A stretch of 64,000 bases of DNA from Thermoleophilia bacterium (GCA_037139935.1 JBAXFL010000010.1:330-64329), one strand, 5' to 3'. Shown: positions 1-11,636, numbered from the stretch's first letter. Numbers and translations: made by a program. Notes: a model not told the origin generated them from the sequence alone.

Positions 1-2
1 GG

Positions 3-1876
<1,874 letters not shown>

Positions 1877-1903
1877 CTGTCACCCGGGTCGCACGTCACG
1901 CAT

Positions 1904-2584
1904 CTAGACCTCGCTGCCCGCTCGTTCGATCACGACGACCGGGATGCGGGCGTAGGGCGAGAGGCGCAGCAGGGCTCGCACGATCTCGGTGCAATCCTCC
2001 GTCGCGATCATCTCCTCGCCCGGGATGCCCGTCCAGGCGGCCATCCTCGTATCGACGAACCCCGGGCAGAGGGCAGTGAACCGCACACCGGCCTCTGCCT
2101 CCTCGCGGTCGAGCGTACGCGTCAGCGCGATCAGCGCCGCCTTCGATGCACCGTAGGCACCGAGTCCCGACGCCGGAATCGTGCCGGCGATCGAGGCGAG
2201 GTTGATCACGTAGCCCTTCGTCACCCGCAGGTGGGGGAGGGCGGCACCGGTGACGAGGAACGCGCCGCGCACGTTGACTGCGTGCTGCAGGTCCCACGCT
2301 TTGGCCGATGTCTCGCCGACCGTCCCTGCGATCCCCACCCCGGCGGAGTTGACGAGCACGTCCAGGCCGCCGTGCGTCTCGACGTGCTCGGCCACGAGCC
2401 GCAGGCAGTCGTCTTCGGAGGACACATCGGCCGCCACGATGGTGGCGTCGAGGCCGCCACGGGCCGCCGCGAGACGATCCAGGCTCCGCCCGGCAAGCGT
2501 GAGGGAGTAGCCCTCGGCGCCGAGCATGCGGGCAAGTGCGAGGCCAATACCGGAGGAGCCACCGGTGACGAGCGCGGAGGGCAT
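1904..2584 (-). CDS. short-chain dehydrogenase/reductase (SDR)
   Basis: Internal ATG at 2584 starts 'MPSALVTGGSSGIGLALA' (TGxxxGIG). It has NSAG and the YGASKAA (YxxxK) catalytic motif. The upstream 96 codons of the track ORF are Arg-rich junk. Confidence 0.9.
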   Translation of the reverse strand: MPSALVTGGSSGIGLALARMLGAEGYSLTLAGRSLDRLAAARGGLDATIVAADVSSEDDCLRLVAEHVETHGGLDVLVNSAGVGIAGTVGETSAKAWDLQHAVNVRGAFLVTGAALPHLRVTKGYVINLASIAGTIPASGLGAYGASKAALIALTRTLDREEAEAGVRFTALCPGFVDTRMAAWTGIPGEEMIATEDCTEIVRALLRLSPYARIPVVVIERAGSEV

Positions 2585-2691
2585 CGACCAATCCTCGCAC
2601 AGATGGGGCGAAGGCCGCCAGGGGGGTAGTGACCTCCGCGTGGGCCGGGGAGGAGAGGATCCGACTCTCGGCTGGTGCGTACACTGACTTT

Positions 2692-3717
2692 GTGACCGAG
2701 CCCCCGACGCTGACCTCTCTCGCGAAGGCCGGCGGATGCGCCGCCAAGTACCCGGCAGCGCGTCTCGAGAAGCTTCTCGCCGGTCTTGTACCGGTTGACG
2801 CCGTAGACCTCCTCGTCGGGCTCGACCCTGCAGACGACGCGGCCGTCTACCGCCTCGACGACGAGCGGGCAATCGTCTTCACCGTCGATTTCTTTCCACC
2901 GGTGGTGGACGACCCACGGGCCTTCGGTGCCATCGCCGCGACGAATGCGCTCAACGACGTCTTTGCAATGGGGGGTGTGCCGCTGCTCGCGCTCTCGATC
3001 ACGGCGTTCCCGGAGGAACTGCCCACCGAGATGCTCGGCGAGATCCTTGCCGGAGCAGACGAGGTCGTCCGCTCCGCCGGTGCGATCCTCGCCGGAGGCC
3101 ATACGATCCGCGACGACGAGCCGAAGTACGGCCTCGCAGTGGTCGGCACTGTGCACCCGGACGGCATCTGGCCCAAGAGCGGTGCGAAGCCGGGCGACGC
3201 CCTGTTCCTGACGAAGGCGCTCGGGACGGGCCTTGTCCTCCAGGCACAGCGTGAAGGGCGCGCGCCCGCCGGGGCGCTCGACGCCGCGGTTACCGCCATG
3301 CGGACGCTCAATCGTCATGCAGCCGACGCGTTGCGACCGCTGCACCCGAACGCCGTTACCGATGTGACGGGCTTCGGTCTACTCGGCCATGCCTACGAGA
3401 TGGCCTCGCGTAGTGGTGTCCGCATCGTGCTCGAGGCGGCCGCCCTTCCCGCCCTCCCCGGGGCTTTCGAGCTTGCGACTGACGGGACGCGCACCGGCGG
3501 AGACCGCCGCAACCGCGACTATGCCGGCCCCCACGTCGAGAGCTCTGCGTCGGCTGCGGCCGAGGCTCTCGCGTTCGATCCGCAGACCGCGGGAGGCCTG
3601 CTCGTCTCGCTAGCTGCCGACAAGGCACCTGTTCTCGTGGAGCGCTTTGCCGACCTCGACCTCGACCTCTATCGGATCGGGCGCGTCATCGAGGGGTCGG
3701 GTGTCGAGCTCCGATGA
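2692..3717 (+). CDS. selD: selenide, water dikinase (Cys-type SelD)
   Basis: 'LTSLAKAGGCAAKYPA' matches the SelD N-terminal Cys-x-x-Lys motif, and AIR-synthase-like domains follow. A GTG start at 2692 puts the Cys at about residue 16, as in known SelD. An alternative GTG at 2629 cannot be excluded. Confidence 0.85.
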   Translation: MTEPPTLTSLAKAGGCAAKYPAARLEKLLAGLVPVDAVDLLVGLDPADDAAVYRLDDERAIVFTVDFFPPVVDDPRAFGAIAATNALNDVFAMGGVPLLALSITAFPEELPTEMLGEILAGADEVVRSAGAILAGGHTIRDDEPKYGLAVVGTVHPDGIWPKSGAKPGDALFLTKALGTGLVLQAQREGRAPAGALDAAVTAMRTLNRHAADALRPLHPNAVTDVTGFGLLGHAYEMASRSGVRIVLEAAALPALPGAFELATDGTRTGGDRRNRDYAGPHVESSASAAAEALAFDPQTAGGLLVSLAADKAPVLVERFADLDLDLYRIGRVIEGSGVELR

Positions 3718-4673
3718 GCAGTGGCGAGACCGCTGCTGTCGTGCAGCCGGCCCGCGCGCGCCGGACGGTCTCTCCACGCCGCTTCGTCCAGGTCGCGACC
3801 GTGACGGTCTTCACACTCTGGGTCGTCGTCACGAGCGGTGCCATCGTGCGCCTCACCGCATCCGGTCTTGGCTGTGACAACTGGCCGCAGTGTGGCGACA
3901 AGCCCTACCCCGAGAAGGGGGGACACGCAGCAATCGAGTTCGGCAACCGGGTCGTCGCACTCGTCGGCATCGCACTCACCCTCGTCACCTGGCTCGTTGC
4001 TCGGCGGGTTGACGGACTTCCCCGGTGGGTGCGCAACGTCGCACTGATCACGGCGCTCGGAACCATTGCCCAGATTCCGCTCGGAGGTATCACCGTTCTT
4101 CTTGACCTTCACCCGGTTGCCGTCATGTCGCACTTTCTCCTCGCGCTCGTCGTTGTCGCGGGCTCCGTCGTCGTCGCGATCGAGGGCTGGAGTCACCTCC
4201 GGGACCTCGCCTCACCGGCCGGGCCGTCGTGGCTCCGGGCCGCCGCCGGCATCGGCGTTGTCGCGTGCGCTGCTCTCGTTGTCACGGGGACTGTCGCAAC
4301 GGCTTCCGGGCCTCACTCGGGAGGACAGGACATCCCGCGGCTCGGGCTCTCCGTGAGTGACACCGTCTACGTCCACGTCCGTGCCACCGCCGTGTTCGGC
4401 ATCGGCCTGCTCGTCGTCGGGTTCTTTCTCTGGCGACAGCGCAGCGAGTTTCCCGGGATCGCACGCGGCGGAGCCCTGCTGCTCGGTGTCCTCCTCTTGC
4501 AGATGGCCGTCGGGGAGATCCAGTACCGGAACGCGTTGCCCTGGTGGCTCGTCGTCATCCATGTCTCGCTCGCAGCGACGATCTGGGTGATGACGGTTGC
4601 CGTCGCCTACGCGCTCCAGCGGCCTCCTGCGCCCCTCGTAGCGGTGGAACGCCGCCGGCCTCGCACGGCCTGA
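3714..4673 (+). CDS. ctaA: heme A synthase (COX15/CtaA family)
   Basis: Polytopic membrane protein with 'ASGLGCDNWPQCGDKPYPE' and conserved His residues in the TM helices. Its ATG overlaps the selD stop (ATGA). Confidence 0.8.
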   Translation: MSSGETAAVVQPARARRTVSPRRFVQVATVTVFTLWVVVTSGAIVRLTASGLGCDNWPQCGDKPYPEKGGHAAIEFGNRVVALVGIALTLVTWLVARRVDGLPRWVRNVALITALGTIAQIPLGGITVLLDLHPVAVMSHFLLALVVVAGSVVVAIEGWSHLRDLASPAGPSWLRAAAGIGVVACAALVVTGTVATASGPHSGGQDIPRLGLSVSDTVYVHVRATAVFGIGLLVVGFFLWRQRSEFPGIARGGALLLGVLLLQMAVGEIQYRNALPWWLVVIHVSLAATIWVMTVAVAYALQRPPAPLVAVERRRPRTA

Positions 4674-4713
4674 CGGCTCCGGCGAGTGCCTCGCGTCAGG
4701 CTAAACTCCACCG

Positions 4714-5598
4714 ATGGAAAACGAGCTTCGGATCGACGAGCGACCGGCCCTGCGCCACCCTGTTCTGATAGCCGCCTTTCGCGGCTGGAGCGACGGCGGT
4801 CAGGCTGCGACGCTCGCGGGTGGCACGCTCGTGCGGGCCTGGGATGCGAAGCGGTTTGCCGAGATCGATCCTGAAGGCTTTGTGGACTTCCAGTCCACGC
4901 GCCCGACCGTGACGCTCGACGAGGGGCTGATGCGGCAGATCGAATGGCCCGAGACCTCGTTCCACGCCGCAACGATCCCCGGCGCAGACCGCGACGCCGT
5001 GATCCTGCTGGGCGTCGAGCCGAACTACCGTTGGCGTGCATTCAACGCTCTCGTCGTCGGACTGGCCCGCGATCTCGGTGTCGAGCTCGTCGTCACGCTC
5101 GGGGCGCTCCTCGCCGACGTGCCGCACACACGCGATGCCCCTGTCACGGGTGCGGCCAGCGATCTCTCACTCGTCGAGGAGCTCGGGCTCCAGCCCTCGC
5201 GCTACGAGGGGCCGACCGGAATCGTCGGCGTGTTGCACGATGCCTGCCGGCAGGCGGGGATACCGTCGGTGAGCCTGTGGTCGGCAGTGCCGCACTACGT
5301 CTCCCTCGCCCCGAGCCCGCGTGCTGCACGGGCGCTCTGCAATCGCCTCGGCGAGCTTCTCGGAGTCGAGCTCGACCTCTCTGAGCTCGAGGAGGCGGAG
5401 GAGATCTATGCAGCGCAGATCACGGAGGCCGTCGCGTCGGATCCCGAGACTGCGGCGTACGTCGAGGAGCTAGAACGGCGAGCGGACTCGATCGACGAAC
5501 TGTTCGACGAAGACGAACTCCCGACGGGTGAGTCGCTCGCTGCCGAGCTGTCGCAGTTTCTGCGCGACCGCGAGAGCGGCGACTCTCCCCCCGCGTAG
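4714..5598 (+). CDS. PAC2 (proteasome assembly chaperone 2-like) family protein
   Basis: 'PVLIAAFRGWSDGGQAAT...EGPTGIVGVL' is typical of actinobacterial PAC2-family proteins. The C-terminal tail is acidic. Confidence 0.7.
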   Translation: MENELRIDERPALRHPVLIAAFRGWSDGGQAATLAGGTLVRAWDAKRFAEIDPEGFVDFQSTRPTVTLDEGLMRQIEWPETSFHAATIPGADRDAVILLGVEPNYRWRAFNALVVGLARDLGVELVVTLGALLADVPHTRDAPVTGAASDLSLVEELGLQPSRYEGPTGIVGVLHDACRQAGIPSVSLWSAVPHYVSLAPSPRAARALCNRLGELLGVELDLSELEEAEEIYAAQITEAVASDPETAAYVEELERRADSIDELFDEDELPTGESLAAELSQFLRDRESGDSPPA

Positions 5599-5607
5599 CG
5601 CCTCGCT

Positions 5608-8082
5608 CTAGATCGCTGGTTCGGGTTGTGCCTCCGTTGTGCCGGGGCTCGTGGTCGCCTCTGGACTGCCCTCGCTCCCGTTTGCGGCGGCTGCGGCCGG
5701 GGTGCCCGTTCCGGTGCCACCGCGCTTCTTGCGCCTCCGCCGTGATTTTCGGACAGGGGCTTTCGGCGAGGGGAGGTTTTCGGCGAGCGCACTCGCGACC
5801 TCGGGCATCGGGCCGATCTCCTCGCGGGCCTGATCGAGCATCGAGTTCGCACGCGGGGTATAGCCGTCAGCAGACGCCAGCAACGCTGCACCGATGGCGA
5901 GTGGCAGAGAGCGTGCAACCTGAACGAGCTTTGCGACGTTGTCCTCGTGACGGTGGCCGCGCGAGTTGGCGACCGCTCCGAGCAGGCGCTTTGCCTCCGG
6001 GAACTCGGTGCTGGCCCGACGGTCCTGGATCTTGCGCGTCGCCCGGGCAAGCTTCCACGTCCAACGGCCGAGGATCTGTTCCGGTGCCGTGGCCTTTCCG
6101 TCACCGATCGCCCGCAGCAGGATACGCACTCCGACCGTCCTGTCCTTCTCCCAGGGGAGCGCCTGGCTGACGAGGGTGACGAGATCGTCGAAGTCGGCAC
6201 GTTCGACCGGAGCAGCGACGCGGTCGGCGAGCGCCGTCATCCTGAGCCGCCGGTTGGGATTCTCTGCAGCGCAGACGGCGAGGAAGGTCTCGAGAGCACC
6301 TTTCCCGGCGCGGCCCTCCGTGAAGGTGCGCGCGAACTCTGTCCGCTGGTCGAACCGGATCTGCCTTCCGGCGATCGTGGCCCAGAATCGCTGCTCGTCG
6401 TCGTCGAGGAACTTCGGGTCGATACGTTGCCACTCGCGCTGAATGACGGCGCGTCGCTTGGCGACATCGGGTGTCACGGGTACGAGCCACGAAACCGGCG
6501 ACAGCAGTCTGCGCGCCCGTCGTTGCTGACGCCTTCGGGGTGCCGGAGTGACCCGCGCGCCTTCACGGTAGAAGTCGGCGTCGAGGAGCGAGTGGAGCGA
6601 GATGGCACGGTCGTTGTGAGTGGACCCCTTCGTTACGAAGTCCACCACGACCCCCGCTTCCTTGCGTGAGTACATCCGCATGATCCGGCCGATGCGCTGC
6701 TGATAGACGCGCCGAGAGGCCGTCGGGGCCAGATGGAAGCAGACGGTGGCTCGTGGCGAGTTCCAGCCCTCGGCGAGGAGTTGAGCGTTGATCAGGACGT
6801 TGATCTCACCGCGCTCGTAAGCTGCGAGCGTCTCCGCGAGCTTGATGGGCGGGGTCTTGCCGGAGACCGCCTCTGCCTTGAGCCCTGCGGCGCGGAACTC
6901 CTGGGCGAGGTTGTAGGCGTGCTCGACTCCGGCTGCGTAGACGATGCCGGGTGTCGTCCCGAACCGTTCGCAGTAGAGGCTGGCGGCTGCCTGGTTGAGT
7001 GCCGAGTGGTCGAGAGCGGCGGCGAGGGCGCGCTCCTCGAAGTCACCGCCGACGATCGGCACCGAGTTGATTGCCGCTGCCGGAGGGACTCTCAGGCAAC
7101 GCAGTGGAGCGATCAGCCCACGGCGAGCGGCATCGGCGAGCGGGAGATCGTCAACCGAGGCAGGGAAGACATCCGATACCTGCTTTGCGATCAGCTGCTC
7201 GGTCGCAGTCATGCCGATGTAAACCGGCTCGTTGAACGAGCGGATAGCGGCACTCGTCTTCTCGCCGAGCGCCGTGTGGGCCTCGTCGCAGATTACGAGC
7301 TGGTAGGCGCTGCGCGAGATCTCGTCGGCGTGGCGGGCATACCAGGCGTAGGTCTGAATCGTGATCGGGTCGTCGCGTAGCGGCTCCATCCCGGTGTAGA
7401 TCGCATCCGTGAAGCGTTCGCCGTACCCCTCCGTCGTTAGGTCTCGCTGGAACTGCGAGACGAGCAGCCTGCGGTGGGTGAGAATCAGTATTCCGAGATG
7501 CCGGGCCGACTCGACGAATCCCGCGGCGGCGATCGTCTTTCCGGAGGCCGTCGGATGGCGGAAGCGGTAGCGCCGTGAAGCTCCAGGATCCTCTCCCTCG
7601 AACGACGGCTCCTCGGCGTCGAGATCGACGACTCCGGCATCGAAGTCGTCGTCGTCCTCGAGCTCGGGTGCATCGGCCTCGGCCGAACCGCCGTTGCCGT
7701 TCTCGTCGATGTTCCGCTGATTTGCGGCAATCAACTCCGTCAGCATCCCGGCAAGCGCGTCGATCTGGTGGCGGCGGAGATCGGTTCCGGATGCCGTCTG
7801 CGGCCTGGGTTCCGCCAGCACCCGTTCGAGGCCGAGCATCAGCCCGTAGCGCACCCGCCAGGCGGCCGACGGCCTGCGGCTTCCTCCGTCCATCTCCAGC
7901 AGGGCGTCGTCGAGCGCGCGACGGCGCGCAGTGCCAGGAGCGAGGGCGGCAGCGGGTTCCTCACCGGGGTGGAGGAACGGCTCGCCGTACCAGGCCTGAG
8001 TTCGGAGCGCGGCGGCCTGGAGGCCATCTGCCGGCTCCGACGACGGATGTGTCGGAGTAGAGGAGATCTCGTGCATATGCAC
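5608..8082 (-). CDS. SF2 DEAD/DEAH-box (ResIII-type) helicase with long C-terminal extension
   Basis: Motif I 'HPTASGKT', motif II 'VICDEAH', motif III 'GMTAT' and motif VI 'QQRIGRIMR' are present. About 330 aa of unassigned C-terminal sequence ends in a Lys/Arg-rich tail. The start is GTG 8082 or ATG 8076. Confidence 0.8.
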   Translation of the reverse strand: MHMHEISSTPTHPSSEPADGLQAAALRTQAWYGEPFLHPGEEPAAALAPGTARRRALDDALLEMDGGSRRPSAAWRVRYGLMLGLERVLAEPRPQTASGTDLRRHQIDALAGMLTELIAANQRNIDENGNGGSAEADAPELEDDDDFDAGVVDLDAEEPSFEGEDPGASRRYRFRHPTASGKTIAAAGFVESARHLGILILTHRRLLVSQFQRDLTTEGYGERFTDAIYTGMEPLRDDPITIQTYAWYARHADEISRSAYQLVICDEAHTALGEKTSAAIRSFNEPVYIGMTATEQLIAKQVSDVFPASVDDLPLADAARRGLIAPLRCLRVPPAAAINSVPIVGGDFEERALAAALDHSALNQAAASLYCERFGTTPGIVYAAGVEHAYNLAQEFRAAGLKAEAVSGKTPPIKLAETLAAYERGEINVLINAQLLAEGWNSPRATVCFHLAPTASRRVYQQRIGRIMRMYSRKEAGVVVDFVTKGSTHNDRAISLHSLLDADFYREGARVTPAPRRRQQRRARRLLSPVSWLVPVTPDVAKRRAVIQREWQRIDPKFLDDDEQRFWATIAGRQIRFDQRTEFARTFTEGRAGKGALETFLAVCAAENPNRRLRMTALADRVAAPVERADFDDLVTLVSQALPWEKDRTVGVRILLRAIGDGKATAPEQILGRWTWKLARATRKIQDRRASTEFPEAKRLLGAVANSRGHRHEDNVAKLVQVARSLPLAIGAALLASADGYTPRANSMLDQAREEIGPMPEVASALAENLPSPKAPVRKSRRRRKKRGGTGTGTPAAAAANGSEGSPEATTSPGTTEAQPEPAI

Positions 8083-8242
8083 AGCACACGTTCGTGGTGC
8101 TGCTTTCCTTGAGGATCAGCTCCCTCACGCGTTTCTGGCGCGTCGAGGGGTGCTGTACAAGAAAGAGTAGCCGAAACTGGCGCGTTGGGGGAATCCGATC
8201 GGCGATATCTGCGGCGAGGTCGCCCGGTCGAGCAGCCTGCGG

Positions 8243-9076
8243 TCAGTCGGTGCTGGTGCCGCTGGCGAGCTCGCGCGAGCGCACCATGGCGGCCTGAATC
8301 GCATTCAGGAACGCTCCGCGTACTCCTGCGATCTCGAGCTCCCGGATGGCGGCGATCGTGGTGCCACCCGGAGAGGTGACCATCTCGCGTAGCTCGACCG
8401 GGTGCATCTTCAGGTCGCGCATCTGCTGTGCAGTCCCGAGCATCGTCTGGACGACGAGCTGGGTGGAGATCTCACGTGAGAGGCCGAGCAGCAGGCCGGC
8501 CTCGATCATCGCCTCGGCAAGGAGCGCGAAGTACGCAGGCCCCGATCCGGAGACTGCCGTCACGGCGTCCATCAGCTTCTCGGGCACACGCACGACGGCT
8601 CCGAGATGCGCGAGAGCCTCCTCGGCGAGCGTGACGTGCGCGTCGTCGGCGTGAGCGCCGGCGCAGAGGCCGGCAATGCCCTCGTGCACGACGGAGGGCG
8701 TGTTCGGCATCGCGCGGACGACGGGCACACCGGGTGCCAGATGACGTTCGATCTCGGCGGTGGGGATCGCCGCCGCGATCGAGAGGATCGTCTGGTCTGG
8801 GGTGATCAGGTGGCCGACGTCGAGAAGGAGAGCCTCGATGTCCTGCGGTTTCACCGCGATCACGACGAGAGCCGCGCCTTTGGCTGCCTCTTCGTTCGAG
8901 AGCGTGGCGTGGATGCCATGCCGCTCGCGCAACTCGGTGACGCGTTCGGTGCGACGGGCAGACGCGGCGATGTCAGCCGGCTCGCGCCAGCCGGAGGAGA
9001 GGAGCCCGGAGAGAAGCACCTCTCCGATCTGTCCTGCTCCGAGGACTGCGATCCTCCGATCGTTGACGGTCATCAT
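8243..9076 (-). CDS. proC: pyrroline-5-carboxylate reductase
   Basis: 'RIAVLGAGQIGEVL' Rossmann motif plus the ProC C-terminal dimerisation region 'MVTSPGGTTIAAI'. The start is the ATGATG at 9076/9073. Confidence 0.9.
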   Translation of the reverse strand: MMTVNDRRIAVLGAGQIGEVLLSGLLSSGWREPADIAASARRTERVTELRERHGIHATLSNEEAAKGAALVVIAVKPQDIEALLLDVGHLITPDQTILSIAAAIPTAEIERHLAPGVPVVRAMPNTPSVVHEGIAGLCAGAHADDAHVTLAEEALAHLGAVVRVPEKLMDAVTAVSGSGPAYFALLAEAMIEAGLLLGLSREISTQLVVQTMLGTAQQMRDLKMHPVELREMVTSPGGTTIAAIRELEIAGVRGAFLNAIQAAMVRSRELASGTSTD

Positions 9077-9203
9077 GCAAGTGTAGAGGCCGGTGAGCAA
9101 CTCCACCCGTTGAGCCGGTCATTCGGGGGCCACGACGTCCCCGAGAGCGCTCGCTCGACCGTCCCGGGAGACGCACCCGGCCGCTCTGCCCGGTACCTTC
9201 GCC

Positions 9204-9824
9204 GTGGTGAGGTTCGTCGATGCCGTCTCGGTCCGCTCGCGCCGGAGGAAGCTCCGGTTGTTCATGGACGAGATCCGTCCGTCGGCGACATCGAGCGTCC
9301 TCGATATCGGTGCGGACGAAGTCGGCTTCGGAGCCGCGGGTGGTCAGTCCGGCTGCGGGACGCACAACTTCTTCGAGGAGCACTATCCGTGGCCCCACCA
9401 GATCACTGCGCTCGGACTGCACGACGGTGTGAGCTTTCGCAGCAGCTATCCGGAGGTCGCATACGTGCAGGGTGACGGATGCGCCCTCCCCTTCGAGGAC
9501 GGGTCGTTCGACGTCGTCTTCTCGAATGCGGTGATCGAGCACGTCGGAGACATCGAACGCCAGCGGTTGTTTGTCAGCGAGGCCCTCCGCGTCGGGCGGA
9601 GGGTCTTCCTGACGACGCCCAACCGCTGGTTCCCGCTCGAGCTGCACACGCGCCTGCCGCTCGTCCACTGGCTCCCTCGGCCTGCCTCTGACCGAGCCTA
9701 TGCTCTGACGGGCCGCGGGTGGGCGAGCGAGAACCATCTGCTCGGAAGCAGTGACCTCCGGGGTCTCTTCCCCTGTCCGGTCCGGATCGTCAACCTGGGA
9801 CTCACGCTCGTGGCGATCACATGA
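9204..9824 (+). CDS. class I SAM-dependent methyltransferase
   Basis: 'VLDIGADE' (motif I-like) and 'FDVVFSNAVIEHV' (Methyltransf_11-like) are present. The gene is divergent from proC. Confidence 0.75.
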   Translation: MVRFVDAVSVRSRRRKLRLFMDEIRPSATSSVLDIGADEVGFGAAGGQSGCGTHNFFEEHYPWPHQITALGLHDGVSFRSSYPEVAYVQGDGCALPFEDGSFDVVFSNAVIEHVGDIERQRLFVSEALRVGRRVFLTTPNRWFPLELHTRLPLVHWLPRPASDRAYALTGRGWASENHLLGSSDLRGLFPCPVRIVNLGLTLVAIT

Positions 9825-11161
9825 GCGACCGTCTCCCGCGCATTGCACTCGTCGTCTTCGTTCTCGGACTGGCCCTCCACAACCTCGCAATGGCGGAGTT
9901 GTGGGACGTCGGGGTGCGCGGTGCCTCCCTCGACGTGGTTGCTGCCTGGAAGGACGTGCTTCTCGCCGCTGCGCTGATCGTGGCGATCCTCGGGGCGCGC
10001 AAGCTGCCGGCCTGGCTCTGGGCCGACCGGCTGGCCCTTGCCTACACCGGCGTCGTCGTCCTCTACTGGGTGCTTCCGCAGGGGTGGCTCGGGGACGGCG
10101 CAGCGACGCATCGCGGCCAGCTGTTTGCTGCCCGCCACGACCTGATCCCGGTAGCCGCATATTTTCTCGGCCGCCTCCTCGTGCTGACCCCCGACGCCTT
10201 GCGTCGCCTGTCGCTCGCTTTTGTCGGGCTCGCTGTCGCCGTCACGGCCTGGGGTCTCGCAGACGTCTATCTCGTACCGCTTCAGTGGTGGCGCGATTCG
10301 GGGGTGCCGGGCTGGTTCGGAGAGCAGCTGGGCCTCGGATATACCGGGCTGTCAGGGCTGCCAGAGAACTGGGTGCTGAACACGGGCGACGAGCAGAACC
10401 CGATCCGCCGGCTTGGATCGACGTTCCTGAGCCCACTCGCGACCGCCTACGTCCTCGTGATCATCCTCCTCTACCTCGTGGCGCGTCGCCGGCCCTTCTG
10501 GGTCGTCGCAGCGGCCGGCGTGGCATATCTCGGGCTGCTGTGGACGCACACACGCGCGGCATTCCTCGCCTTCGCCCTCGGGCTCCTGGTTCTTGCGGTC
10601 GCCCAGCGGCGGCTTCTGCCTGTCGGGCTTGCCGTCGCCTCGCTCGTCGTCGGATTCGGGTTCGTGACGGCCTTTCCGTCTATCGGCCCCTCGACGAGCT
10701 ACACCTCGGCGGAGCTCGAGATCCTGCGGGAGCTCGGGAAGGAGCATCCCGATGTTGGTACAGACCCGCTGACGGGCGGCGATGCTTCGACCGAGAGTCA
10801 CTGGCGTAACCTGCGTGACGGTGTGCGAGTGGTCATCCGTCATCCACTGGGATACGGCCTCGGAAACGCAGGTGTGAATGCCTCGCGCACGAAGGTCGAG
10901 ATCAGGGCGGGAGAGTCCACCTACACGGAGGTCGGTGTGGACACGGGCCTTATCGGGCTCGCCGTGTTCGTCGCCTGGTTGCTTGCCGTTCTGGCCGGGC
11001 TGTGGCGGTGTTCGGCCTGGCTCAGTGCCTCGTGGGTGGCGATGCTCGCGATCGGCGTGCAGACCGACGTGATCGGCGTTCACTGGATCGCCTACGTCCT
11101 CTTCATCCTCGCGGGTGCGGCGATCGACGGCGGCCTCCGGGACGACGAGGTATCCGCGTGA
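9821..11161 (+). CDS. O-antigen ligase-like (Wzy_C) polytopic membrane protein
   Basis: At least 10 predicted TM helices. 'LLWTHTRAAFLAFALGLLVL' and the loop 'HPLGYGLGNAG' are typical of O-antigen-ligase-family proteins. An ATGA overlap links it to the methyltransferase. Confidence 0.65.
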   Translation: MSDRLPRIALVVFVLGLALHNLAMAELWDVGVRGASLDVVAAWKDVLLAAALIVAILGARKLPAWLWADRLALAYTGVVVLYWVLPQGWLGDGAATHRGQLFAARHDLIPVAAYFLGRLLVLTPDALRRLSLAFVGLAVAVTAWGLADVYLVPLQWWRDSGVPGWFGEQLGLGYTGLSGLPENWVLNTGDEQNPIRRLGSTFLSPLATAYVLVIILLYLVARRRPFWVVAAAGVAYLGLLWTHTRAAFLAFALGLLVLAVAQRRLLPVGLAVASLVVGFGFVTAFPSIGPSTSYTSAELEILRELGKEHPDVGTDPLTGGDASTESHWRNLRDGVRVVIRHPLGYGLGNAGVNASRTKVEIRAGESTYTEVGVDTGLIGLAVFVAWLLAVLAGLWRCSAWLSASWVAMLAIGVQTDVIGVHWIAYVLFILAGAAIDGGLRDDEVSA

Positions 11162-11376
11162 GGGCGATCGGCGAGCGTATCGGCCCCTACCGGCTGGCGG
11201 CGATCCTGATCGGATGTGCGCTCGCGCTCGAGATCGTCCGGGTCAGGGTTCTCGCGGGCAACGGCGTGGCGACGGTCGGATGCACGTTCGGAGAGATCGT
11301 GTTTCTGACGCTTGCGGCCGGCATCTTCGTCACGGCCCGCCGGGCGCAGAGTCGTTCCGGGTCGCGAAGGCCCTGA
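11158..11376 (+). CDS. small hydrophobic protein (2 predicted TM), unknown function
   Basis: A GTG overlaps the stop of the upstream gene (GTGA). Third-codon positions are strongly G/C-biased, like neighbouring real genes. No family recognised. Confidence 0.45.
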   Translation: MRAIGERIGPYRLAAILIGCALALEIVRVRVLAGNGVATVGCTFGEIVFLTLAAGIFVTARRAQSRSGSRRP

Positions 11377-11396
11377 CCGGAGAGGAGGATCACGCG

Positions 11397-11636
11397 ATGG
11401 GAAAGGGATATGCAGAGGGCCCGGCGGCCGAGGAGGCCGAACGGCGGCTCGAGGAGCTGGCCGAGGGGCCGCCACGGGCCTCTCCCCTCGAGCGGTCCGC
11501 CGTGTACGGCTCGACGTCCGACGAACCGGAGCGGCATTTTCTCGGTTGGGTTGACGACATCGATCCGGATGAGCTGTTCGCATCGGGCGCCGCCTACGGG
11601 ATCACGGTCGTCCGGCGTGCCGTGGGCCCGGGTTGA
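11397..11636 (+). CDS. small acidic hypothetical protein
   Basis: ATG is preceded by a strong RBS GGAGAGGAGGA (11379-11389). G/C-biased third positions. No family recognised. Confidence 0.5.
   Translation: MGKGYAEGPAAEEAERRLEELAEGPPRASPLERSAVYGSTSDEPERHFLGWVDDIDPDELFASGAAYGITVVRRAVGPG

Noticed and set aside
8973-10160. 395-aa minus-strand ORF
   Set aside because: It is antisense to the methyltransferase and O-antigen-ligase-like genes, with Arg/Pro-rich shadow-frame composition.
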